Below are positions 15,545-23,225 of a DNA stretch of 49,190 nucleotides, piece by piece. How positions within the stretch are numbered: the first letter of the stretch is position 1; each line of letters opens with the position of its first letter. Made by a program: the position numbers and the translations under genes. Where the stretch lies: IMG/VR virus record IMGVR_UViG_3300045988_172164, one strand, 5' to 3'. Source of the DNA: a virus. Below the pieces are notes generated by a model. That model saw only the letters and a program-made list of their open reading frames with translations. It was not told where the DNA came from and did no database searches.

Positions 15545-15918
15545 ATTTTTTTTACACTGATTGTTGATTTATTATCTCCCTTATTTGTTCCTTCATCTTC
15601 AGCTTGTTTTAGTTCAACACAGGTTCTATGAAAAGCTTCATCGCCTATTCCTTTAATAAAGGTTCTAAGCACAAAAGGATATTCACTCGTATCTATAGTT
15701 TTACCAACTACTTCAGCATAGAGAGCTGCAAGAACTTTAGGCTCAAACACTTTCTTTTCCTGAAGTCTATCTATAGGACCTCTTTTGAATTGAACACCTG
15801 GATGCTCATACGTTATCTTCGTACGAGTTAGTAATAAATCTTTAATCAAAGCCCCAATATGCTTTTCAAACTGAGGCATTTGTATCACATCAATTACCTT
15901 TAAGTCTGCTACTTTCAT
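15541..15918 (-). CDS. hypothetical protein
   Basis: 125-aa ORF within the operon. Confidence 0.55.
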   Translation of the reverse strand: MKVADLKVIDVIQMPQFEKHIGALIKDLLLTRTKITYEHPGVQFKRGPIDRLQEKKVFEPKVLAALYAEVVGKTIDTSEYPFVLRTFIKGIGDEAFHRTCVELKQAEDEGTNKGDNKSTISVKKI

Positions 15919-16600
15919 TTTCCAGTTTTTTAAGTTGTTCTTTATAGAAGTTTTCTTTCATATCCCAATGCCTCTCGTATATATGGAGGTCATGAGCAAA
16001 GTGGTAATATGTACCTATAGGCAAACCAAGTTCATCAGCTACTAACTGTTGAAGCTTAGTCCAGCAATACTGGTCATTGCAAAAGCCATAAACCAAATCA
16101 TTGCTTCGCATAGTTACACACATATCAAGAGTTTCGATGCCCGGCTTAATATCAAAGCCTACAGACAAAGTGCAAGGAGTATCATATTTATAATCATCCT
16201 TCTCTTTGCCATCAAAGATTGTAAACCAAGCTTGGCGAGTGTCTTTATTTTCTTTGAGCTGCTCAATGCACTTTGCTAGTTGCTTATTGCGCATCCATTG
16301 CCAACCATAGTTTGAATTGACTATGTTATCGCCTCCATGCATTTTATCCCATATAGGAGCAAACTTCTTAATCTCTGCTACGCTTCTATTGCCTGACATA
16401 TACCAGGCATATTCGCGTTCAGCATATCGTTTGTTGAATTTGCGCCATTCTGTTGTTATAATGCGCTGCTGAGGATTACGTAGATAAAAGCCAACATTGT
16501 AAACAGCCTTTGTTCCAACATTAGTTTTTATCCCTTGGCCTATAATAAAGTCGTATAGGTCCTCAAAAGCCTCAGTTGCATTTTTATATATTATGTTCAT
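15890..16600 (-). CDS. deoxycytidylate 5-hydroxymethyltransferase-like enzyme (T4 gp42 branch of thymidylate synthase superfamily)
   Basis: Its sequence blocks match the T4 gp42 sequence as I recall it: EREYAWYMS, NSNYGWQWM, DTPCTLS (catalytic Cys), MRSNDLVYGFCNDQYCW and HDLHIYERHW. Asp occupies the base-specificity position (CND, versus RND in gp42 and FNI in ThyA). Confidence 0.75.
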   Translation of the reverse strand: MNIIYKNATEAFEDLYDFIIGQGIKTNVGTKAVYNVGFYLRNPQQRIITTEWRKFNKRYAEREYAWYMSGNRSVAEIKKFAPIWDKMHGGDNIVNSNYGWQWMRNKQLAKCIEQLKENKDTRQAWFTIFDGKEKDDYKYDTPCTLSVGFDIKPGIETLDMCVTMRSNDLVYGFCNDQYCWTKLQQLVADELGLPIGTYYHFAHDLHIYERHWDMKENFYKEQLKKLENESSRLKGN

Positions 16601-16758
16601 GCTTCTTCATATTCAAAGTTTAACACTAGAGTTGCGCCATAATCATACCAGAGAACTTCTTCAAGCTCTTCTTTTGTATGGCAGTTATATCGATACATCT
16701 CAGCTTCTAAGTCAGCAGGACTATCTATTATAAGAGTATTTTCAGCTATCGTTGCCAT
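16597..16758 (-). CDS. hypothetical small acidic protein (start moved to internal ATG)
   Basis: The ATG at 16758 lies 1 nt after the upstream TGA stop. The longer 75-aa version would overlap the upstream gene by 65 nt. Confidence 0.4.
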   Translation of the reverse strand: MATIAENTLIIDSPADLEAEMYRYNCHTKEELEEVLWYDYGATLVLNFEYEEA

Positions 16759-16759
16759 A

Positions 16760-17218
16760 TCACTTAACAAGTTTATTCGTATTGCTATTGTAAACTCTAA
16801 ACAAAAGCTCTTCGGCTTCATCATTCATGGCTTTGCATATAGCTAATGCTTCTTCCATGGATAAATCTTTGAGCTCTTCATCATCGTCATTAAAAGCAAT
16901 TTCACCAGTTATTACTCTAATCTCAAACGAATTGGTTAAAGCAAATGTTTTAGCTGCATCAAGTGCTTGTATGCATATATAATGTACAGCATCCCAATAT
17001 ATGTATGATAAGGTATTTGAGCCATCTAGTATCTTGATATATAATTCTCTCAACTTCTCAGGCTTAAACATACCTCTCTCTTCCATTCTGGCCCATTCTT
17101 TAAGCCAATGCTTTCCATAGCCATTATACTTCTTAAATTCTTTGGTATAATGCTCTACAAATTTAAGAAACTGGTCTGTATAAATAACCTCTGGTATTTC
17201 TACTGCTTTCTTTTTCAT
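16760..17218 (-). CDS. hypothetical protein
   Basis: 152-aa ORF preceded by a 120-bp gap that contains an inverted repeat. Confidence 0.55.
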   Translation of the reverse strand: MKKKAVEIPEVIYTDQFLKFVEHYTKEFKKYNGYGKHWLKEWARMEERGMFKPEKLRELYIKILDGSNTLSYIYWDAVHYICIQALDAAKTFALTNSFEIRVITGEIAFNDDDEELKDLSMEEALAICKAMNDEAEELLFRVYNSNTNKLVK

Positions 17219-17233
17219 TGCTTAAGATTTATA

Positions 17234-17320
17234 TATTCTCATGCGCTCTAGAGCCCATGCGTTTTTCTGAATATATTTCTTTTGTTTCATACTTTGCACG
17301 TGATATTACGCATGAGAATA
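17234..17320. promoter_or_regulatory. 12-bp perfect inverted repeat TATTCTCATGCG / CGCATGAGAATA bracketing a -7-like box
   Basis: 17234..17245 is the reverse complement of 17309..17320. TATATTCA (minus strand, 17275..17268) lies between them. The half-site resembles the ATTCTCGCATG box at 4799. Confidence 0.55.
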
Positions 17321-17338
17321 ATGCATAAATCAATCCAT

Positions 17339-17833
17339 TTAATAACTTCCAGTCGAGCCCAGAGCTCCATCACCTCTTTCAGAGGAACGGCTGAAAAGCT
17401 CTGCTTCAGGTACTTCTTCAAGTCCTTCATAAGACACGGGCACAAGAATAAACTGCGCTATCTTCATACCTGGTTTAATATGAACTTTGGCTCTACCAAC
17501 ATTTACAACATGGATATGTATTTCTCCCTGATAGTCTTCATCAACAATTTTGGCACCGAGTATAACAATACTTTCAAATGCCTCTGCCTTTGGTGTTCTA
17601 CCAACTCCAAGGCATGCCCATTTAGAAGTTACTACACCGGATTTGTCAGCGGCCATAAGCATATAGCCCTCGGGAATTTCCATCTTAATACCAGACGGTA
17701 TAAGAACATCAGTTCCTGGATTGACTATAAAGCCTTTGTTACCGCCAAAATTTGGAACGAAGAAATCAATTCCAGCAGCTTTACCAGTTCCACGAACTGG
17801 AGACTTTACATTTCTTATTTTGCAGAATTTCAT
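17339..17833 (-). CDS. dut: dUTPase-family trimeric dNTP pyrophosphatase (dUTPase or dCTPase)
   Basis: The five dUTPase motifs are recognisable: AAGIDFF, IPSG, GAKIVDEDYQGEI, GMKIAQ and RGDGALGSTG. The start is placed at MKFCKIRN (17833), which aligns with the Dut N-terminus. The upstream 36 codons were judged spurious. Confidence 0.8.
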   Translation of the reverse strand: MKFCKIRNVKSPVRGTGKAAGIDFFVPNFGGNKGFIVNPGTDVLIPSGIKMEIPEGYMLMAADKSGVVTSKWACLGVGRTPKAEAFESIVILGAKIVDEDYQGEIHIHVVNVGRAKVHIKPGMKIAQFILVPVSYEGLEEVPEAELFSRSSERGDGALGSTGSY

Positions 17834-17978
17834 ATTACTTCTTTTTATTACTTGGTTTTTCTTTGTAGCCACTTGCGTAAATGGCTCTTGCTTGTTTCTC
17901 TGCTTGAGCTTTGGTAGGATAAACCTTACCATGAGTACCAAATTGGTAACCTCCTTTTACTTTATGTACTGGCATACT

Positions 17979-18365
17979 TCAGAATTTTATATTAAGCTTC
18001 ATAATCTCTCGAGCTGCAAGTGCCATTGCTTTTTGCATGTATTCTACAGCCTCTTTGTTCTTTCTACCGTACTCAGCTAATCCAGATTTTTCAAAAGCAT
18101 CAGCTATAATCATCTCGAGCTTATTCATACGATTATCGGTGTTGATACTGAACTTCTTAAGAAGTTCATGGTTGTACTCGTACTTAACACCACCATTTAC
18201 TGGAGTAACTTTGGCTATTTCTGCATGAGTTTGGCCATTCTTCTTTTCAGGAATTGTAATAACAATTTCCTGGTCTGTAGTCATGCACATATCTGTGCAC
18301 ATTTCCATTACTTCACCAAAATGGCGCTTAAACTCACGAGGAATTACTGAAATCAAACTTTTCAT
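17979..18365 (-). CDS. hypothetical protein
   Basis: 128-aa ORF within the operon. Confidence 0.55.
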   Translation of the reverse strand: MKSLISVIPREFKRHFGEVMEMCTDMCMTTDQEIVITIPEKKNGQTHAEIAKVTPVNGGVKYEYNHELLKKFSINTDNRMNKLEMIIADAFEKSGLAEYGRKNKEAVEYMQKAMALAAREIMKLNIKF

Positions 18366-18371
18366 ATCTTG

Positions 18372-19193
18372 TTACATTAAATCGTCATTGAATAAAGTTG
18401 GTTGTTCTGCTGGAGCTTTAGGAGCTTTTATGTCTCCGGGTTTGCGCTTCAATACCCAAAGAGTGTTGCGCGCCACATCAGGGAACATAGGAGCCATGAT
18501 ATTGGCAATGAGGTTTGAGTCATAATAGCTCTTAAGAGCCTCGAACATCTTTTTCTGCCAATCATTCATGAGAGGCTTGTAGTCCTTTATAGAAGCAAAT
18601 GTGCCAAACTTCTTTACAATAGTAAAGTGTTGAGACAGTATAGCTTCAAGCTCCCAATGGTCAAACTCTTGTACATCGACCCCGCGGCCATCACCAGAGT
18701 CATAGGTATGATTACCTGCTGCTCCTACTTCTGGGTCATAGTTAGGAGTTGAAAGGTAATAAGTAGCATTGTTATTGCCACACGCCTTGAAGTTCTCAAG
18801 AAATACATGAGCATTCTGTTTTCCTACATGCTCAAGCACCTCAAAGGTACATACCTTATCAGCATTGAATTTGCTGAAGTCCAAGTCATGTTTTACAAGG
18901 TCAGCTACATAGAAATGAGCCCAAGGCACATCCTGATATTTCTCGGCTGCTTCATTGATAGTCTTTTCACGAATATCAATGCCAATATACTCTTTCTGCT
19001 TGAACTTGTTTCGATACAATACTTCAAGCAAGTTAGCTGCTCCACAACCAAAGTCTACGATTGACTCACCGATTTTTGCTTCTTTGAGAATGTGCGTCCA
19101 ACGCAAGTAATGCGCAAACTGATCTCTGTGGAATACGTGACGCTCAAAGGCCTGGTCTGGTCTGAGGTCTGTTGTGTTATACACTTTTGCCAT
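18372..19193 (-). CDS. class I SAM-dependent methyltransferase (substrate unknown)
   Basis: Motif I is VDFGCGAANLLEVL, followed by the acidic post-I residue in IGIDI, and then FEVLEHV. I recognised no DNA-MTase motif IV (DPPY or PC). Confidence 0.7.
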   Translation of the reverse strand: MAKVYNTTDLRPDQAFERHVFHRDQFAHYLRWTHILKEAKIGESIVDFGCGAANLLEVLYRNKFKQKEYIGIDIREKTINEAAEKYQDVPWAHFYVADLVKHDLDFSKFNADKVCTFEVLEHVGKQNAHVFLENFKACGNNNATYYLSTPNYDPEVGAAGNHTYDSGDGRGVDVQEFDHWELEAILSQHFTIVKKFGTFASIKDYKPLMNDWQKKMFEALKSYYDSNLIANIMAPMFPDVARNTLWVLKRKPGDIKAPKAPAEQPTLFNDDLM

Positions 19194-19205
19194 AATTAAA
19201 ACTGT

Positions 19206-19496
19206 TTATTTATTGAAAATATCTTTATGCTCTTCCAGATAGTCATTCATAGAGCCCATATAAGCTACCGCATCAAGAAGATTATCCTCTTTATGTGCAT
19301 AAGCTTCACGTGATAACTTAAGAGCTATCATGGCTCTATACATGCCAGCAGTTGTTATTTGCTGGTCTTTAGGCGACATCAAATTATAAAGAACTGCTGC
19401 TCTTTCCATTGATGCTTGGAATGGCCCGTATTGGCGCTCTTTTTCTTCTGAACGCTCATTTACAATTTTGTTTGCTTGTTCTAATATGTTACTCAT
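19206..19496 (-). CDS. small helical protein of a widespread phage family; possible nucleotide pyrophosphohydrolase (weak)
   Basis: 96 aa with ANKIVNERSEEKERQYG...LKLSREAYAHKEDNLLDAVAYMG. The pattern recalls small phage proteins often found beside thymidylate-synthase-like genes, and also all-alpha NTP-PPase acidic pairs. Confidence 0.3.
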   Translation of the reverse strand: MSNILEQANKIVNERSEEKERQYGPFQASMERAAVLYNLMSPKDQQITTAGMYRAMIALKLSREAYAHKEDNLLDAVAYMGSMNDYLEEHKDIFNK

Positions 19497-19687
19497 ACCT
19501 TAAAGTTACTTATTATTTTGTCTTTTAACTCTTTGTTGTTCTCAAGCATTTCAACGAAAATATCTGCTGCAACATTTATGCTAAACTGCCTCATATCATC
19601 GTTATCTTTGAAATACTGAAGAAAAGCAATAATTTCTCTAAGCATCTCGTTGTTTTCTTTGAGCAGCTTTAGCATTTCTTCCATCAC
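19493..19687 (-). CDS. hypothetical small protein
   Basis: 64 aa with 4-nt overlaps on both sides. Confidence 0.5.
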   Translation of the reverse strand: MMEEMLKLLKENNEMLREIIAFLQYFKDNDDMRQFSINVAADIFVEMLENNKELKDKIISNFKV

Positions 19688-19923
19688 AACATAGATTTTA
19701 GTTCTGCTTTTAATCGTCTAGCATCTGCTCCTCTGAATGTTTGAGCGTTGGCTAAGAAGTATCTTGTAATATCTCCAGCTGTCTCAATTCCATATAGAGC
19801 TTCTGGGTCTGTTGTATCAAGCGTTAATAATGCCTCAAGATAAGGCACTGCTCCAAAGTATACATTCATCCAAGTTGACTTTATGTCTTTGGCTATTTGC
19901 TGAAATGTTCTTTTCTTGTCCAT
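19684..19923 (-). CDS. hypothetical protein
   Basis: 79 aa. It is the first gene after the promoter at 19949..19956. Confidence 0.55.
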   Translation of the reverse strand: MDKKRTFQQIAKDIKSTWMNVYFGAVPYLEALLTLDTTDPEALYGIETAGDITRYFLANAQTFRGADARRLKAELKSML

Positions 19924-19948
19924 CTTTCTATTCTTATTTTAGATTATG

Positions 19949-19956
19949 TAAATATA
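19949..19956 (-). promoter_or_regulatory. -7 box TATATTTA with upstream ATTCTCGG box
   Basis: The minus strand reads ttctATTCTCGGagaaaattagTATATTTACATAATCTAAAATAA. This resembles the 22-mer promoters at 8247 and 30556. Confidence 0.5.
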
Positions 19957-20307
19957 CTAATTTTCTCCGAGAATAGAAAATTTTTACTCATAAAAATTAC
20001 ATATTTAACACTTCTTAACTTGGCCACGCGTTATACATTTTCTGAATATTCCAACTGCAGCAACTCCTCGCAGTATTGAATAACCCGAATGTAATTATTA
20101 TACGCTGCTTGAATTATTATTTTCCGTTGAAGTATAGTGAGCTTATTCTTAAGAATATATTTGTTTATATTCATAGATAAAGCCTTATCATTACATCTCT
20201 TTTTGTCGTTTAACTCAATTGCTAATTGGGCATAGTGGATGCATTTTTTTATATCCTGAGCGCCGTATCTTTGTAATGGCTTCCATCTACTTGACTTTCT
20301 ATTGCTT

Positions 20308-20649
20308 TCATGCTTTTACTCTATTTAACGCTGTTACAAAATCTCGTTTCTCAGGAATAAGCCCATTATATACCCTCAGTTCATCCATTAACATTACAGA
20401 ATTGTAATGGTTTGGAAATGCTTTTTTAATTCTATAGGTTGTCTCTTTGCTGAGTATACCTTTTTCACCTTCGACGGCCATTTCTATATATCCAAGCTTT
20501 ACAAATTTGTATACATAAGCAGTCACTGAATTTCTACCGGGCTCATTGCCTAATAGCATTTCCTCTGAGCTGATAACATTTCCTACATTATCATTCACCA
20601 GCTTAATCATTCTAGAAAAAACCGGAATTGCTTTACCATTTCTTCCCAT
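20308..20649 (-). CDS. hypothetical protein (possible winged-helix)
   Basis: 113-aa ORF. The DNA-binding guess is weak. Confidence 0.5.
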   Translation of the reverse strand: MGRNGKAIPVFSRMIKLVNDNVGNVISSEEMLLGNEPGRNSVTAYVYKFVKLGYIEMAVEGEKGILSKETTYRIKKAFPNHYNSVMLMDELRVYNGLIPEKRDFVTALNRVKA

Positions 20650-20650
20650 A

Positions 20651-20866
20651 CTATACTTTTTTATATAATCCTTTTTCTATTTTTGCTATGATATTTATAG
20701 ATACTAATTCTTTTAACAACTTGTCAACTGTAGCATTTATGCACGCGAAATATTTTAAATTATTTACATACGTTCTACAAGCTTTTATCAGTTCTTTTCT
20801 GGAAATTACTTGCTTTTCTTCAAGCTTTTTGGCTATGATTTTTTTACATTCTTGCTTTGTAAACAT
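20651..20866 (-). CDS. small winged-helix-like protein (start moved to internal ATG)
   Basis: The ATG at 20866 lies 1 nt after the SNF2 TAG stop. The C-terminus is VDKLLKELVSINIIAKIEKGLYKKV. The longer version would overlap SNF2 by 104 nt. Confidence 0.45.
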   Translation of the reverse strand: MFTKQECKKIIAKKLEEKQVISRKELIKACRTYVNNLKYFACINATVDKLLKELVSINIIAKIEKGLYKKV

Positions 20867-20867
20867 A

Positions 20868-22310
20868 CTACATGAATTTTTTATATTTGTCAATTTTTGC
20901 TTTAATACTATCCATAAGAGCATTCTGCTTTCTGTCTTTTGCTTTAAGTGCTCTGATAACGTCTTCATCATGAGTGCCTTGCAATATCAAGTGGTTAATT
21001 ACTACATGATTTTGTTGACCTTGACGGTATAATCGAGCATTGAATTGTTGATACAGCTCTAAGCTCCATGTCTGTCCAAACCAAACTATTATGCTGCCTC
21101 CTGCTTGAAGATTAAGTCCATGGCCTGCTGATGCCGGATGCGCGAGCATAACTTGTATTTTGCCTGCATTCCAGTCTTCAATATCTTTATTGGTTTTAAG
21201 CTCTCTTGGCTTATATGCTTTAAGATGCTTCATTATTCTATCGCGGTCAAATTGATAAGTCCATGCAACTAATACAGATTGGCCATTTGCATCCTCGATT
21301 ATTTCCTTAAGAGCATCTAGCTTTATATCATGAATTGGAAACACGTTTCTTTCTTCATCGTATATTGCACCATTGGCAAATTGTAATAGTTTATTCGAAA
21401 GAGCTGCTGCATTAACAACATTAACTTCAACAGGCTTTTCTACCATTACAGAATTGCCATTTTCATCCTCTTCTTCTACCGTCTCAACAGTATTTATGAG
21501 GTCAAGCACTTTGTTCTTTTCGAAGTCATCATATTGCTTTTTTAAGTCATCAGGCATCCTAAGCTTTATATAGTTATCTGTCCTGAATGGCATTTCAAGA
21601 TAATCATCAGCTTTCATGCTTATGCAAATATCCTCTATTTTCTTATGAATGAGCTTCTCTGAGTCATCCATAAGATTATAAGAATAGACAACATGCCCAT
21701 TAGTTTGACCTGGCCGGAAATATCTTTTTCTGTATCTGGATATTGTCTTTTCAAGGCGCTCGCCTCTATCCATAAGGTATATTTGAGGCCACAAGTCAAT
21801 AAGTCCATTAGGTGCCGGAGTGCCAGTTAGTCCAACTAAGCGCTTAAGATAAGGTCTTGCTCCACGCAAAGCCTTAAAACGTTCAGACTTATAAGACTTA
21901 AAGCTGCTAAGCTCATCAACTACTACCATATCAAATGGCAATTTACCTCCGCCATACATAGCACATAGCCATGCAACATTATCTCTTGATATAATATAGA
22001 CATCAGCTTTTGTTTCTGTTATAGCATGTATACGCTGTTTCTGAGTGCCAATGATTTTTGAAAAGCGCAAATGCTTTAAGTGGTCCCACTTTTCAGCTTC
22101 TTCTTGCCATACAGACTCAGCAACTCTTTTTGGCGCTATGACTAATACTGAATTTATTTCCAGATAGTCAAACATCAAATAGTTTATAGCAGTAAGAGTT
22201 GATACCGTTTTGCCAAGCCCGAGGTCAAGAAATACACCACAGTATGGATGAGTAATTATGAACTCTACTGTTGCTCGCTGATAGCCATGCATGTTTTTTT
22301 CTGTTAGCAT
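20868..22310 (-). CDS. SNF2-family DNA-dependent ATPase/helicase
   Basis: Motif I is LGLGKT, motif II is VVVDELS, and motif VI-like is RLYRQGQ. Confidence 0.85.
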   Translation of the reverse strand: MLTEKNMHGYQRATVEFIITHPYCGVFLDLGLGKTVSTLTAINYLMFDYLEINSVLVIAPKRVAESVWQEEAEKWDHLKHLRFSKIIGTQKQRIHAITETKADVYIISRDNVAWLCAMYGGGKLPFDMVVVDELSSFKSYKSERFKALRGARPYLKRLVGLTGTPAPNGLIDLWPQIYLMDRGERLEKTISRYRKRYFRPGQTNGHVVYSYNLMDDSEKLIHKKIEDICISMKADDYLEMPFRTDNYIKLRMPDDLKKQYDDFEKNKVLDLINTVETVEEEDENGNSVMVEKPVEVNVVNAAALSNKLLQFANGAIYDEERNVFPIHDIKLDALKEIIEDANGQSVLVAWTYQFDRDRIMKHLKAYKPRELKTNKDIEDWNAGKIQVMLAHPASAGHGLNLQAGGSIIVWFGQTWSLELYQQFNARLYRQGQQNHVVINHLILQGTHDEDVIRALKAKDRKQNALMDSIKAKIDKYKKFM

Positions 22311-22744
22311 TTTGAAAACCTCCCATCTTTACAATGAAGTTTTGCATGCTCAGCTTGCGAACTTAAAACTTCTAAGTTATCAATAGAGTTATTTCTAGGA
22401 TTGCCGTCTTTATGGTGTACTACTTCACCTTTCTTAAGTGGTCTTCCTATTACTTCTTCCGCTAGTATTCTATGTGCATGAGTTCCAAATATCTTAGGAT
22501 AACTGTGCTCTTTTCCAGTATTATTCCTAAGATGACCTTCTCTAACAGCTAACCTTGTTTCAAAGTTATCCATTCTAGTAGGATTTAAGTCCTCATTCAT
22601 CTTAGTCATTTTTATGCTTAAATGCTCTTTAGCACAAGTTCTGCTGCAAAAGAAATGAGTAATGCCAGGCTTTATCATACTTTTATATCGTATGAATTGC
22701 TTTCCGCATTTTTCACAAGCTAATAATATCTTTTCGCCTCTCAT
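22304..22744 (-). CDS. HNH homing endonuclease with N-terminal zinc ribbon
   Basis: VVHHKDGNPRNNSIDNLEVLSSQAEHAKLH, plus CEKCGKQF...CSRTC. Confidence 0.85.
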   Translation of the reverse strand: MRGEKILLACEKCGKQFIRYKSMIKPGITHFFCSRTCAKEHLSIKMTKMNEDLNPTRMDNFETRLAVREGHLRNNTGKEHSYPKIFGTHAHRILAEEVIGRPLKKGEVVHHKDGNPRNNSIDNLEVLSSQAEHAKLHCKDGRFSKC

Positions 22745-23040
22745 TGTTTATTTAGCATTATATCTTCTACGAAATTTATCACACTTTCAATTGAGTCAAC
22801 TACTTCGACTCTGAAGCCAAGAGCTCTAAGCTTTTTATGCATATAGGCTTGTATACGTCTTGGCTTTTGGCCTGTGGTCTTAGTTTCCACAAATGCCATT
22901 TTATGGTTAGGAAATAAGCAGAGCCTATCAGGTAGACCTATTAGTTGGTCACATAATAGCTTTATGCACATGCCATTATTTATTTTAACAAGCTCTACTA
23001 ATTTCCGTTCTACTAGCTTCTCACTATCTATTTGCTTCAT
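22741..23040 (-). CDS. VRR-NUC domain nuclease
   Basis: LPDRLCLF...AFVETKT carries the D...ExK pattern in a ~100-aa protein. Its position next to SNF2 is typical. Confidence 0.75.
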   Translation of the reverse strand: MKQIDSEKLVERKLVELVKINNGMCIKLLCDQLIGLPDRLCLFPNHKMAFVETKTTGQKPRRIQAYMHKKLRALGFRVEVVDSIESVINFVEDIMLNKQ

Positions 23041-23225
23041 CCTCTAATCATATAAATGTTATATTCGCATAAATCTATATTAAATTCTACACGGTCAACA
23101 TAAAAGCATTGCCCGGAAAATTTAACGCGCATTCCCTTCTGCGGTATGCAGTTTATATTTTTAGAGGCTACAAGCTTATTGTCATGAAGGCCAGTGCCAG
23201 TTTTCCTATAAAAATTTACTATCAT
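23037..23225 (-). CDS. hypothetical small protein
   Basis: 62 aa with 4-nt overlaps with its neighbours. Confidence 0.45.
   Translation of the reverse strand: MIVNFYRKTGTGLHDNKLVASKNINCIPQKGMRVKFSGQCFYVDRVEFNIDLCEYNIYMIRG

Noticed and set aside
17282-17917. 211-aa plus-strand ORF antisense to the dUTPase gene
   Set aside because: It has a TTG-type start, gives a low-complexity Phe/Ser/Asn-rich product, and lies entirely opposite a gene with clear family motifs.
17834-17941. 36-codon N-terminal extension of the dUTPase ORF
   Set aside because: The extension (MVLMVRFILPKLKQRNK...) has no counterpart in dUTPases. MKFCKIRNVKSPV aligns with the normal Dut N-terminus, so the start is set at 17833.
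20080-20307. Possible 47-aa minus-strand ORF (ATG at 20174) in the gap upstream of the 19949 promoter
   Set aside because: It is short, has no recognisable motif, and lies in a region better explained as the promoter and operator region for the nucleotide-metabolism operon. I left it unannotated.
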